A stretch of 64,000 nucleotides of DNA from the human T2T-CHM13v2.0 reference genome, Homo sapiens, in assembly GCF_009914755.1 (NCBI RefSeq), contig NC_060944.1; one strand, given 5' to 3'. The notes beneath the pieces are model-generated. The model saw only the letters and a list, made by a program, of their open reading frames with translations, was not told the DNA's origin and did not search any database. Of the stretch, positions 29,855-43,747 are shown piece by piece. Each line of letters opens with the position of its first letter. Within the stretch, counting starts at the first letter, position 1. Both the position numbers and the translations under genes were made by a program.

Positions 29855-32245
29855 TTTTTATTTATTTACTTTTTTTTTTTTTTTTTTTGAGATGGAGTCT
29901 CGCTCTGTTGCCAGGCTGGCATGCAGTAATGCAATCTCGGTTCACTGCAACCTCTGCTTCCTGGGTTCAAGTGATCCTCCTGCCTCAATCTCCTGAGTAG
30001 CTGGGACTACAGGCACACGCCACCATGCCCAGCTAATTTTTGTATTTTTAGTAGAGACGAGGTTTCACCATGTTGGCCAGGATGGTCTCGATCTCTTGAC
30101 ATTGTGATCTGCCTGCCTCGGCCTCCCAAAGTGCTGGGATTACAGGCGTGAGTCATCACACCTGGTCTATTTATTTTTATTTAAGCTCTGAGGTACATGC
30201 ACAGGATGCACAGGTTTGTTACATAGATAAACGTGTCACGGTGGTTTGTTGCATCTATCAACCCATCACCTGGGAATTAAGCCCAGCATGCATTAGCTAT
30301 TTTTCCTAATGCTCTCCCTCCCCCTACCCCACCTTCCGACAGGCCCCAGTGTGTATTGGTCCCCTCCTTGTGTTCATGTGTTCTCATTGTTAAGTTCCCA
30401 CTTATAAGTGAAAACTTGCAGTGTTGGTTTTCTATTCCTGCATCAGTTTGCTGAGAATAATAGCTTCCAGCTCCATCCAGGTCTCTGCAAAAGACATGAT
30501 CTCATTCCTTTTTATGGCTGCATAGTATTCCTATGTTCTGAATGGTATTGCCTAGATTTTCTTCTAGGGTTTTTATAGTTTTGCATTTTACATTGAAGTC
30601 TTTAATCCATCTTAAGTTAATTTTTGTATAAGGTGTAAGGAAGAGGTCCAGTTTCAGTTTTCTGCATATGGCTAGCCAGTTCTCCCAGCACCATTTATTA
30701 AGTAGGGAATCCTTTTCCCATTGCTTGTTTTTGTCAGGTTTGTTGAAGATAAGATGGTTGGAGATGTGTGGTCTTATTTCTGAGTTTTCTATTCTGTTCT
30801 ATCAGTCTAAGTGTCTGTTTTTGTACCAGCACCCTGCTGTTTTGGTTACTGTAGCCTTGTCGTATAGTTTGAAGTCAGGTAGTGTGATACCTCCAGCTTT
30901 GTTCTTTTTGCTCAAGATTGTCTTGGCTATAAAAGTTCTTTTATTGTTCCATATGAATTTTAAAATAGTTTCTTCTAATTCTGTGAAGAATCTCAATGAT
31001 AATTTAATGGGAAAAGCATTGAATCTATAAATTACTTTGGGCAGTATGGCCATTTTCACAATATTGATTCTTCCTACCCAGGAGCATGGAATGTTTTTCC
31101 ATTTGTTTGTGTCCTCTCTAATTTTCTTGAGCAGTGGTTTGTAGTTCTCCCTTGAAGAAGTCCTTCACTTCCCTCGTTAGCTGTATTCCTAATTATTTTA
31201 TTCTCTTTGTAACAATTGTGAATGGGAGTTCATTCATGATTTGGCTCTCTGCCAGTCTGTTATTGGTGTATAGGAATGCTTGTGACTTTTGCACATTGAT
31301 TTTGTATACTGAGACTTTGCTGAAGTTGCTTATCAGCTTAAGGAGTTTTGGGCCTGAAGTGATGGGGTTTTCTAGATATAGGATCATGTCATCTGCAAAC
31401 AAAGACAATTTGACTTCCTCACTTCCTATTTGAATACACTTTATTTCTTCCTCTTGCCTGCTTTCCCTGGCCAGAAATTCTAGTACTATGTTGAATAGGA
31501 GTAGTGAGAGAGGGCACCCCTGTCTTGTGCAGGTTTTCAAGCGGAATGCTTCCAGCTTTTGCCCATTCAGTATGATATTGGCTGTCGGTTTGTCATAAAT
31601 GGTTCTTATTATTTTAACATATGTTCCTTCAATACCTAGTTTATTGAGAGTTTTTAACATGAAGGGATGCTGAATTTTATCGAAGGTCTTTTCTGCCTCT
31701 ATTGAGATAATCATGTGGTTTTTGTCATCAGTTCTGTTTATGTCATGAATTACATTTGTTTATTTATATGCGTATGTTGAACCAACCTTGCATCCCCTGG
31801 ATGAAGCTGACTTGATCATGGTGGATAAGTTTTTTGATGTGCTGCTGTATTTGGTTTGCCAGTATTTTATTGAGAATTTTTGCATTGATGTTTATCAGGG
31901 ATATTGGCCTGAAGTTTTCTTTTTTTGTTGTATCTCTGCCAGTTTTTTGTATCAGGATGATGCTGGACTCATAGAATGAGTCAGGGAGGAGTCCCTGCTT
32001 TTCAATTGTTTGGAATAATTTCAGAAGAAAGGGTGTCAGCTCCTCTTTGTACCTGTAGTAGGATTCAGCTGTAAATCCATCTGGCCCTGGGCTTTTTTTG
32101 GTTGGTAGGCTATTTCTCACTGCCTCAATTTCAAAACTTGTTCTTGGTCTATTCAGGGATTCAGCTTCTTCCTGGTTCAGTCTTGGGGGGGCATATGTGT
32201 CCGGGAATTTATCCATTTCTTCTAGATTTCCTAGTTTATTTGCAT
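29855..32245 (-). mobile_element. 5'-truncated L1PA (about L1PA8-10) with internal ORF2 deletion
   Basis: ORFs 31764-32216, 31193-31714 and 30802-31059 are broken L1 ORF2p ([32 protein letters not shown]); primate 3'UTR at 30170-30400; TSD ATGTATA(T/C)TATTCTT at 29840-29854 and 32260-32274. Confidence 0.96.
29870..30166 (-). mobile_element. Alu (Sc-like) inserted in L1 A-tail
   Basis: Full dimer; TATTTATTT on both sides. Confidence 0.95.
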
Positions 32246-32445
32246 TGATATTTATTATGATGTATACTATTCTTCAATAAAACATTAAATGAAGGTAGAA
32301 AAAAATAAAAACTATTGAATAGAGAAGACAAAATTCATCTGTGTCCTAACTTTGCTGAGTGCTCCTTGACTATGTCATTTTATTTTCTATAGAATGTGCA
32401 AAAGGGGGATGTGAGACTGAATTTGGGTAATCAAATTGCATTTAC

Positions 32446-32746
32446 TTTTTTTTTTTTTTGAGACAGAGTCTCACTCTGTCACCCAGGCCGGAGTGCAGTG
32501 ACATAATCACAGCTTGCTGCAACCTCAATCTCCTGAGCTCAAGTGAGCCTCTCACCTCAGCCTCCCAAGTAGTTGGGACTACAGGTGCGCACTACCATCC
32601 CTGGCTAATTTTTTTGTATTTTTTGTAGAGAAGGGGTTTAACTGTGATGTTGCCCAGGCTGGTCTCAAACTCCTGGGCTGAAGCTATCTGTGCACATCAG
32701 CCTCCCGAAGTGCTGAGATTACAGGCATGAGCCACCATGCCCAGCC
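32446..32746 (-). mobile_element. Alu (J family)
   Basis: Antisense dimer with poly-T. Confidence 0.93.
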
Positions 32747-32845
32747 TTCACTGACTTAAAGTGTGAAGAGACAATAGCTTGCTCTATCTTCCTCTTCCCT
32801 CCCAAAGCAGATATCCCTACTATTCAATTCCTGCAGATGTCATTC

Positions 32846-33349
32846 TGATCCAGGCAACCTACAAAATTGGGGCTCAGCCTGTGAGGGTTTGTGGCTTTGC
32901 TCAGGAAAGAATTCAAGAATGAGACAACAGTGAAAGAAAGCATGTTTATTAGAGCAACAGTGTACATAAAATGGCTGCTCTGTAGACAAAACAGGGCTAT
33001 CCCATAGGCAGAGTAGCACAGAAGAGCATCTGTGGATTGCTGGCTAGCTCTGCTTATACCGACTCTTATTTACATGCTAAATAAGGGACAGGTTAAGGTT
33101 ATTCATGAACAAGGGGTGGAGGGTTCCTGGAATCACACAAGGTAACTCCTGGATCATTGCCACAGCATTTGTAAACTGTCAAGGCTCTGATGGGAGCATC
33201 TTAGGCAAATGCAAATAAGCAGTGAGGGTAACTGGAGATCGCTTTCATTGCCATCTTGGTTCTAGCACATTTTCTTTGCCACATCCCGTCTTGATCAGCA
33301 GCAGGGAGACTGAGGCTCAGAAAACAAGTCCAGCTGATCTCCTACCTCA
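32846..33349 (-). mobile_element. ERV1 (MER4-group) solo LTR
   Basis: TG...CA termini, CAGGAAAGAATTCAAG...GTTTATTAG antisense poly(A) region, end CTCCTACCTCA; degenerate TSD ATTC/ATCC. Confidence 0.8.
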
Positions 33350-33454
33350 ATCCCAGGGATGCATTAGGTCTTCTGCTGTTTTTGTGATAATCACTGGAAA
33401 ATTGCACAAGCACAAATACAGACATTTTAAAACCTTTTTAATTAAATTAATTAA

Positions 33455-33580
33455 TTTATTTTTTGAGATAGGATCTTGCTTTTTTGCTTAGGCTGATCTT
33501 GAACTCCTGGCTCCAAGCAATACTCCCACCTCAGCCTCCCAAGTAGCCAGGACTACAGGCAAGAGCCCATGCACTCAGTT
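33455..33580 (-). mobile_element. Alu monomer (FLAM/FRAM-like)
   Basis: Single diverged arm. Confidence 0.82.
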
Positions 33581-33596
33581 AAAAATGCAGATTATT

Positions 33597-33964
<368 letters not shown>

Positions 33965-34084
33965 TTACATTGCCATTAATACTTCATTATATGCTAAGAA
34001 GCTGACTTTTTTCATCCATTATTTTCATCAGATTGTCTACTCATTGTACTTTCTGCTGGAATGTGGCCCAGTTTTTAAATTTTT

Positions 34085-34379
34085 ATTTAAAAATTTTTAA
34101 AAAGAGAGAAGAGTCTCCCTCTGTTGCCCAGGCTGGGCAGGCAGTGGTGTGATCTCAGCTCACTGCAATCTCTGACTCTTGGGCTAAAGCAATCCTCCCA
34201 CCACAGCCTACTGAGTAGCTGGGATTACAGGTATGCACCAACACACCTGGCTAATTTTTGTAATTTTAATAGAGATGAGGTTTCACCATGTTGGACAGGT
34301 TGCTCTTGAACTCCTGACCTCAAGTGATCCACCCACCTAGGGCTCCCAAAGTGCTGGGATTGCAGGCATGTGGCCCAGC
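34085..34379 (-). mobile_element. Alu
   Basis: Diverged antisense dimer. Confidence 0.92.
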
Positions 34380-36057
34380 TCTCTTCCAGTTTTCTTAATT
34401 CAAATTCCCAAGAATCCCCAGGCCCAGTTTTTGCTAGGCTGATGAAAAGCCCATGCACTGACTAAAGGGCTGTTGAATTGAGTGGCTTCTCCTGGACTCA
34501 TCAAATGTGGTGCTGGTGAGTCAGTGCCATATGACAGAAATCTTTTGGCAACTTTAGCATTAGGGGTCTGTGGGCAGTTTTTTCTAGAAGAGGGTGGTCT
34601 GCTCAGTACACAGACCCACTATTTCTCCATCTTCCCTTCTTCCTTCAGTCCCGAAAGTCAAATTCTCAAAGCAATCGCTTAGTGTAAACTTATTTTTTTA
34701 CCTATCTTCTTCTGAGTTCCACCTTCCTTCTGATCTAGGCATAGTCAACATTCAAATTTCAATTTTCTATGCTAGATAAAGATAGGATGAGCCCTCAGAA
34801 TTCTCAGCATATCCTGAACCTTCACTTGGGGCACGAATGTCCACTTCCCTTTCAGCCCAATCATTCATGACTTCCGTTTGGCAGTTGCAACAATGACTGT
34901 TTCATTAATTTTCCCTGCTGCCTGCTTTCTGGCAGCAATGAGAGCAAGCAGTGAAATGGCCAAACAGTGGTAGACAGGAGGGAGCAGAGTGGAGGCAGAA
35001 GCCAGGGTGCTGAATAATGAGCCTATGAATAGCAAGACCTGACCGCACCAGGCTTCCTGAGCAGCCTGGAGGAGAGGATGGGCCCCCCCTTGGCTGGGAG
35101 AGTGGATGCTGAGCCATGAGGAAACACCACAGGATTCAATGGCCTTGGCAGAGCTATAAAGACTCTGCTTTCACTTGAATAAACTCTTCTTGAACACATC
35201 TCCTATGTATTTCCACAAATCTGTTTTCTCAGGGTGTTCAGAATTCATTCCTTTTTGGTTCTTCTGCTGCTCAAAGGAAAGAGAAACCCAAGGGATCAAA
35301 CTTCTCAGTGTAAAATAAACACAATTCTTTTTGGACCTGCTAAGCCAGAAGAAAATGAGGCCAAAGAATGAATAAGACACACAGCTAAAACAAATCAAAC
35401 TGTAGCAAGCCTTCTCTCACACTCTCCTTTCTACCTGGTTGAATCAATGGATGAACATGTCACATCCTCTTTTCTCAGTTGCCAAGAGTTGGTTTATATG
35501 TTCTTACTTATAATGTATTTTGTTAGTTTTGCTTTTGGCTTTCCTGTCCAAAATCACTGTCCCTTCACTTTACCCACAAACGTGTAGGCTTTCTCCATCT
35601 GCCCCACATCCCTTCTAAACTCAGTGATGACCTAATAAAGATTTACACACAAAGGTGTCAATGACACATGATGTTAGAAAAGGTTACTGCCTCAGGGTCA
35701 CCCCCATCATGTTGGTCCCTGCCAACTGATATTAATAATAGGGCCTTGACCCTCCAACCCTACCTGCTAATGACTAAGACACTCTATACGGAGCCCACTA
35801 AATATGTACAGCCAGCTGCAGCTGGGGTTCAGATTTCAGCCAAGCTCTGAGCACACATGTTCCCTTAAATCAGAGTGTCTTCCCCTTCACCAGAGAGAAT
35901 GCCTGAGGACTAGCCTCCACTCCTCAGTTTCACCTTGTTTGCCCCATAAGTTAGCTGGAAGCTGATGTCTGGAGTCTTCAGGTACAGCACGCTCTCAGCT
36001 CCTGAGTTAGTTCCAACCAAGGGTGGGCAGATAGGCTGTCAGCAGCCTTGTCCCGCT

Positions 36058-36730
36058 ATAGGGGAGGAAAACTCCCTCTGCCTTCCTAGGTTCTGGTGTT
36101 TGGTCTGAGAATTAAACTAACATAAGACAGATTAATAGTAAAAAGGCATACAAATTTTATTTAATATTTTTACATGCACAAGGGAATACTCATAAGAAAA
36201 ATAAATGCCCAAAGAAACAGTCAGAGCACACCAACATGGCACATGTTTACATATGTAACAAACCTGCACGTTGTGCACATGTACCCTAAAACTTAAAGTA
36301 TAATAATAATTTAAAAAAAAAAAGAAAGAAACAGTCAGGACCCAGAGCTTATATTATAGGATTTTTTTTTTTAAAGCAAAGGATAAATTTGTGGACAAGT
36401 GACAGGACAAATGGGTTTAGGCAGTAAATTGTGGAAAAGTGTCTACAAAATATATGGGGTTAATGGACAATAAGGGTTATTTTAGTAGGTTCATTTGTAC
36501 AGATCCATTTGCCATTGACTCCCAATCTCTGGTGATAAGAATGCTCTTTTCTTCCTGGTACAGAGAAGGCACCTTTCTTATGGGAAACTTTATGACTTGC
36601 TTTTACATCAAAAGAGGGAGTGAGATCAGAAAGCCCTTTCTGCATCTGCTGTTTCTCAAGTTCCTTTAGCTCAGAATAATTAATACGCCAAAGTGGCATA
36701 TTTTGGGGTGGTATGTTCTGAACTCTTTCA
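36058..36730 (-). mobile_element. ERV1 LTR (MER34-like)
   Basis: Ends GCCAAAGTGGCATATTTTGGGGTGGTATGTTCTGAACTCTTTCA; paralogue of 13530-14278. Confidence 0.8.
36225..36324 (+). mobile_element. Extremely 5'-truncated L1PA (young primate)
   Basis: L1 terminal AGCACACCAACATGGCACATG...GTACCCTAAAACTTAAAGTATAATAA plus A-tail; perfect TSD AAAGAAACAGTCAG at 36211-36224 and 36325-36338. Confidence 0.95.
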
Positions 36731-36975
36731 CTACCAGGAGCAGGTGGTTGGATTTGTTGTCTTGGCCAACAAACCAAATAAGAATCCCAGTCCTCTCCTC
36801 CCGTGGGGAGGTGGCCCTGCACCCGTAGCATGTGCCACATGCCTCCCATTGTGGGCTCCACTCAGTGAATGTGGATGATGCAACAGTGAGTAGAGGAGAC
36901 AAGCTTCTGCCTTCTTAGAGCTCATGAATGTAAAGTCTATCTAAAACGTTTTCTGGTTAGGAAGAGAGAGAGAGG

Positions 36976-37133
36976 CCTTGGCCTCCCAAAGTGCTGGGAT
37001 TACAGGCGTGAGCCACTGCGCCTGGCCTGAACAATTTGAGGTAAATTATACACATCATGGCCCTTTACTCCTAAATACTTTATTTATTTTGTAAGAATAA
37101 GGATATTCACTCTTGTTACCACACTATAGTTAT
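36976..37133. repeat. 158-bp direct copy of 38310-38467
   Basis: Colinear, 8 substitutions by manual alignment. Confidence 0.95.
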
Positions 37134-37450
37134 GTAGTGCTAAGAGGGCTCAGAATGAAGGGATTTGATCTGCCTAGGGAAGCCAGAGGTGCTTTCTTGC
37201 AAAAGTGGAAATTGAGCTAAAATCTGAAGGAAAGGAAGAACGGGTTAATAGGGATTGCAGAGGGAAAGAGCACGAAGCAGATGGAACAGCCTTCCCCATG
37301 GAGGGATGGGCACAGCTGTTTAAGAAGCTGAAAGCAACAACACCAGCTGGTGCACCCAGAGAGAGGAAGGTGGGGCCACACCACCAAGGGCCTTTCTTTC
37401 AGGCATAGGGACTGGACTTTATCATAAAGCGATTTTGCTAAGTGGACAAA
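37134..37450. mobile_element. L2 fragment
   Basis: GAGCTAAAATCTGAAGGAAAGGAAG...GGACTTTATCATAAAG purine-rich L2 body. Confidence 0.55.
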
Positions 37451-37969
37451 GACAAGGGGCGGGGGAGTTTCATGTATAGGAATGAACACTGTTGCAATGA
37501 AGGGCCATGGATATAACATGGATAAAGAGGGGAGTGAAGGAATGGGAAGCCTGAGGGGAGAAAACATTTGGTCTGTGCACTCCATGACCCCATGAAGTAG
37601 AAAGCTCAAGAAGCCACCTGGGAGGGTGGGGCAATTTCTGAGCTTGCCTTGGTCTCCTGGGGTGTGCTGTTGGGACAGTGGGATCCTGGATCAGGGAGAT
37701 TCTGGGCTGTGGGTTTGGGAGCCAGATCCAGAAGAAGAGGAGGTGGCATCAGGAGGTGTGTGTGGGAAGTCCCCGAGAAGCTAGAACCTGGAGGCTTGGG
37801 AGCTGGCGTGGGCTGTGGAAGAAGGTCAGAGCAGGAACCCGTTTACTGGCCTGGCTGATGCTAGGAATACTTTTTAATATTTTGCGTAATATTACAAGTA
37901 AATATAAATATACTTATTTTCATTTACATACCGTCTTTGACTATTTTTTTCCCTGAGAGGGATTCTTTT

Positions 37970-38655
37970 AAAACAATTTTGGAAAAATATCAAACTTAAA
38001 AATGTTAAAGAAGTAAAAATATTAAAAGGAGTATCCATAAACCCTTTTCCCAGATTGACCTCCTATTAATATTTTACCTTACTTGTTTATTGACATTTAT
38101 TTTTTGAGACAGAGTCTTAGTGGCACGATCTTGGCTCACGGCAGCTTCCATCTCCTGGGTTCAAGCGATTCTTGTGCCTCAGCCCCCCAAGTAGCTGGGA
38201 TTACAGGTGCACGCCACCACACCTGGCTAATTTTTGTATTTTAGTAGAGACAGGGTTCACTATGTAGCCCAGGATGGTCTCAAACTCCTGAGCTCCAGCA
38301 ATCTGCTCACCTTGGCCTCCCAAAGTGCTGGGATTACAGATGTGAGCCACTGCGCCCGGCCTGAACAATTTGAGGTGAATTATATATATCATGGTCCTTT
38401 ACTCCTAAATACTTTATTTATTTTGTAAGAATAAGGATATTCACTCCTGTTACCACACTATAGTTATCAACCTGCAAACATATTAATATATTGCTTTATC
38501 TGATCTACAGTGAATACCCGAATTCCAACAGTTGACCCAGTAATTTCCTTTATAGCAGTAGTTTTTTTCCTCCAGTACAGGATTCAGTCTAAGGTCAAAT
38601 ATTGCCTTTAGCTGTTATGTTTCCTTAGCCTCCTTTAATTTGGATAATTTCCATA
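37970..38655 (-). mobile_element. Old L1 (L1MC-like) 3' UTR fragment split by an Alu
   Basis: CCTAAATACTT...AAGAATAAGGATATTC...CAGGATTCAGTCTAAGGTCA motifs. Confidence 0.7.
38095..38361 (-). mobile_element. Alu with short 3' deletion
   Basis: GAGTCTT|AGTGGCACG junction; otherwise full dimer. Confidence 0.93.
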
Positions 38656-38853
38656 TATGTTTGGCTATCATTTTTAATATCCCAGTGTTTTCCTAGTTAT
38701 CTTCCTATTTTGTAGAATTATTGGAGCAAAGCTATAAACATTTGAGCACCTTTTGTAAAATAGACTGCCGTATTTTTCCCCAAATGATTACTAGTTTATG
38801 TTAATGTACTATGTGACTATATCTGTTTTCCCACACATTTGACAGGAAACGTC

Positions 38854-39175
<322 letters not shown>

Positions 39176-39979
39176 TGATGTCCATTCAGCAGATATCAAA
39201 TGGAATGGTACCTCGTTCTTATTCTGCTTTGCATTGCCTTCTGTATAGGCATACGTTTCCCACAGCCTTTGTTGTCAGATTCCCTCTTGTCTGAATTCTA
39301 CCTGTCCGTGTCTTCTGAGGCTTGTTCTTAAAAGCAGAAACTGATTTTATTGTTGTTGTTGTTGTTAGTTTTTGGACTTTATTCCCACACAAATACCTAT
39401 CGGAGTATTACAGAATAAGTGTTCTTAAAAAAGAAGTATATTTTTAGAAATTTTTTATTTTTAAAATAAAGACTAGTAGGCATGGGGGGAGTGCACTAGC
39501 TCTTGTGGATGAAAACAAAACAAAACAAAACACCACAAATCAGACACATTTCCTATTTAACGTAGCTGGAGCTGGCCAGCTGGTGGCAGTTTGACAGAAT
39601 TGCAAGCAAAGTGGAAGAAAATCAAGAACTTGCACCTCCACGGATTTTGTTTTGACAGAATGTTACATATAGAGATACAAATATTTTTAAAAGTTATCAT
39701 CTGTCCAACAGTTTTTTTGGGGGGTTTTTCACTTCTTTCTTCAAATTCCATGTTACTAATTTTCTCAGAATCTTTGTAAAGAGATATCAAGGTAAATGTA
39801 AATTATACAGTTGTAGACTGGGGAGAGGCGCTAACCTAAGAAAACTTCCCTGGTGGTAAATAAGAACTATTTTTTGAATAAATGCTTTTTATTATTTCTT
39901 ATTATATATTTTGAATAAATGCACTCGTAATATTCCAGGGAAATGCGTAGGTTGAACAACATAAAATCGACATCTCTAG

Positions 39980-40418
<439 letters not shown>

Positions 40419-40504
40419 TAATTAAGTGACTGATAACATATTCATGTTGTGGAGATTTTATTCCTATTAAACTGAGTCAAAGAGTATAAGAATTTCAAAT
40501 TTTG

Positions 40505-40783
40505 GGGTGGCGCGGTGGCTCATGCCTGTAATTCCAGCACTTTGGGAGGCTGAGGTGGGTAGATCACTTGAGGTATGGGGTTCAACACCAGCCTGAACAA
40601 CATTGCGAAACCCCATCTCCACTAAAAACACAAAAAATTAGCCGGGCATGGTGGTGGGTGCTTGTAATCCCAGCCACTAGGGAGAATCACTTGAACCCAG
40701 GAGGTGGAGGTTGCAGTGAGCCAAGATGGCGCCACTGCACTCCTGTCTGGGGGACAGAGCAAGACTCCATCTCAAAAAAAAAA
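40505..40783 (+). mobile_element. Alu (S family)
   Basis: Dimer with A-tail. Confidence 0.94.
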
Positions 40784-43419
40784 AGAAGTTTACATTTTAA
40801 TAAATGTTCTAAAATTGTTTTGCCTGTCTACCAAGTTCATGGCAACTTATGATTTTATCAGACATTTTATTAGGCTGCCTGTTTCACCATACTCTTCCCA
40901 GAGCTGTAGGCTTTTAATCTTCCTATTTTTTTAAGCCAATCTAAGAGTTGGTTGATAGACTAAAAATCCATTCTAAATTTTTCCTGCTAACTTTGCTAAA
41001 TACTAACTAATAATAGGCCTCAAAATAAGTAAAACACATTATGGTGTTAAGTTAATCTACCTTTCTTGTGTACAGAGATTTCAATGTATTAGCTGCCCAG
41101 GATCACCAAATCAAATACCATTTACAAAATTAGGAAATACAGAAAACAAATTTGCATGCAATTACAGCATGAGATAGGATTACTGATCATTGCTACTCTT
41201 GGTGATAAAGATGCAACAGAGACAGATGGCATATCTCTAATCAATAATTAAGGGTGAGTCAACATCCAAGGTCAATTTGAAACTATCATACTTAAAAGCT
41301 GTTTATCAAGTACCAGCTAGATATTCAAATCTATAATATATGTAGGGTTGAAGTGAAAAGATAATTGTGAAGATTACTTTATTTCACTGAAAAATAAAAC
41401 AAGTTATTAATGATTAACTTTATTTTCTAGTATTTTAATAATCTCAGCAGCAAAGACAGAGAAAAGAGCCAATTTTCTCTTTTCTTTCTTTTCAAAATTA
41501 CTCCCAGGGATGCTGGCTTATTAAAATATTAACAACAGTATCTTTTGGGTCTTCAAGTCATCAAGGCAAGTATGTTCTTCTTAAATCATATCTATTGCTT
41601 ATTTATATTTCATTGATTTTGCAAATGCTTCATGAATGGATCTTTTTTTGCAAACTTTAATGTCTTCCTCTTTAAACAGAATAGCAACATTCAAAAGGAT
41701 ATTAAAATGAGAATCTCTGTCTTGCATTTCCAGCAATACCTCCATAGGCTTAAAACAAAACTACAAATGCTGAGTTCTCCCACATTTCATGTTGAGGTTG
41801 TAGGTCATCCATGAAAAAGAACTGGTTGCTGATCCAACCAACACCCACCTCTTAGGTATGAAAGGGATACACATTCTTTTCCCCTACATTTCATCAACAC
41901 CTTGGAGAAAGGAAAAGTGTTGCTTACCCTCATCTCCAGCCTAGTGAGAAGTGTACTGAGTGGGATCTTCTCAATACATTTGTTTGGTGGAGTTTGAGGG
42001 TAATAAACATGTGAATGGTGACTTTAAAGTTCCAGTTCTTGTCACAAGTCTCTGTCAATACATAAAGGCTGCCCTCTCCTTACATATTATCATCACCAAC
42101 TTGTTAGGGGTTCCTGGTTTACAAATCCACAAAACCTGTGGCGAATTAGGGAAGGTGGGCAGCAGAGCCAGCATATGCACTAATCATATCTAAGGTCAAT
42201 ATAGATTAGGGTTGGCTAATTTGAATATATCCAATTCTAGCCAGGATGTGAATGACAAGACCCATGGGGGTATCAATAACAGAGAATCTCCTCATACAGA
42301 GAATAAGAACCACGGGTATGTATAGCTTGATGGGACTTTCTCTCAACACAAGGGAGTGTGTGTTACAGCTCTGCTTGCCTAATGCTGGTTGGCCAAGTTG
42401 CCAGCCAGAAGTCCTGGACCTCCCTTATACGAAGCCCTTGCACAAGATCCAATCCACAGTGATGGCCTTGGCAGATACTAGGGAGGGAGGGAATGTCCAT
42501 ACCTACTGATGCTCACCTACTGTGCCGGTCCATCAGTCACCAACTAAGGTGACTAAGGCCCCACAGAGATTAAGGCACTGTGGCCTCTACTCCACCCCAA
42601 ATAGACAGTTATGAATATTAATTAATATGGAAGATTTAGTTTAGATAGATTAAAGTGAATAGCTCTTTGATATGTTGAATAACACTACAAGTGTCAGTCA
42701 TTGGGAAAGGCTACCTCTGGTCAGTTTCCTCTCACTATGTCAAAGCTGGTAGAATGACTGTACCATTTACTGGTTCACTGAAGGTCTTAACCTCCACAGC
42801 TTTGACAAAGAGGCCATGTGTCCCATGCTGAGAAGATTCAAGGCTGAAAGTGGAAGTGGAGCTTCCTGTTTGGTGGAAGATGACTCCAGTGGCTGCATCA
42901 GGAAACAGAGAAGCATAAGACGGTAGAGGGCATGCTTCCTGTGGGTAGAGGTTATTCCACAGGAGCGTCTGGCCTGGGTTCATGTTATAATAGATCCCAT
43001 TGAAATTATTTCCTGGCTGGAGCTCAGTGACTAGACCTGGACGTGCTTCAAGGTGTATCTTAGGATGCAGAAGCTGAGGAGGGTTTCATGAGGGAGGCTG
43101 CTGGTAGAAGAGCATGGTCCAAGTACAGGGAGCTGCAGCCTGATATTCCAAGGGAAGAATCAGTAAGAAACCTAAGGAAGTGCCCCTCCAGAAACCAAGT
43201 CAGCTTTGAAAATCCTGCAAGTCCAGAGAGCAAGGATGTGGACTTAGGGCAGGAATGCAAGGTGGTCAGCTCCCCAGATTCTTGCTCCTCATGCCCCTCT
43301 CAGTGGCCAGCAGGCTGCAGGTGGGGCAGGCGGGGACAAAAGTAGAAGAGTAGAAGGTGGAGGACAGAGAGAAAGTATTGACTACTTCTCACTCCCCCAC
43401 CAGAGAGGAAACTTTATTT

Positions 43420-43731
<312 letters not shown>

Positions 43732-43747
43732 CTTTCTTTTCTTTTTT

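Noticed and set aside
30668-32280. Longest ORFs (173, 150, 120 aa)
   Set aside because: Frameshifted pieces of L1 ORF2 or their antisense. The element is truncated and deleted, so it is not a functional CDS.
35149-35169. TATAAA inside a GCAGAG...CTCTGC hairpin
   Set aside because: A single TATA-like hexamer with no supporting initiator or exon structure.
39468-39530. AAAGACTAGT resembling the reverse of a Y RNA 3' end
   Set aside because: Similarity stops after about 10 nt, so it is a chance match.
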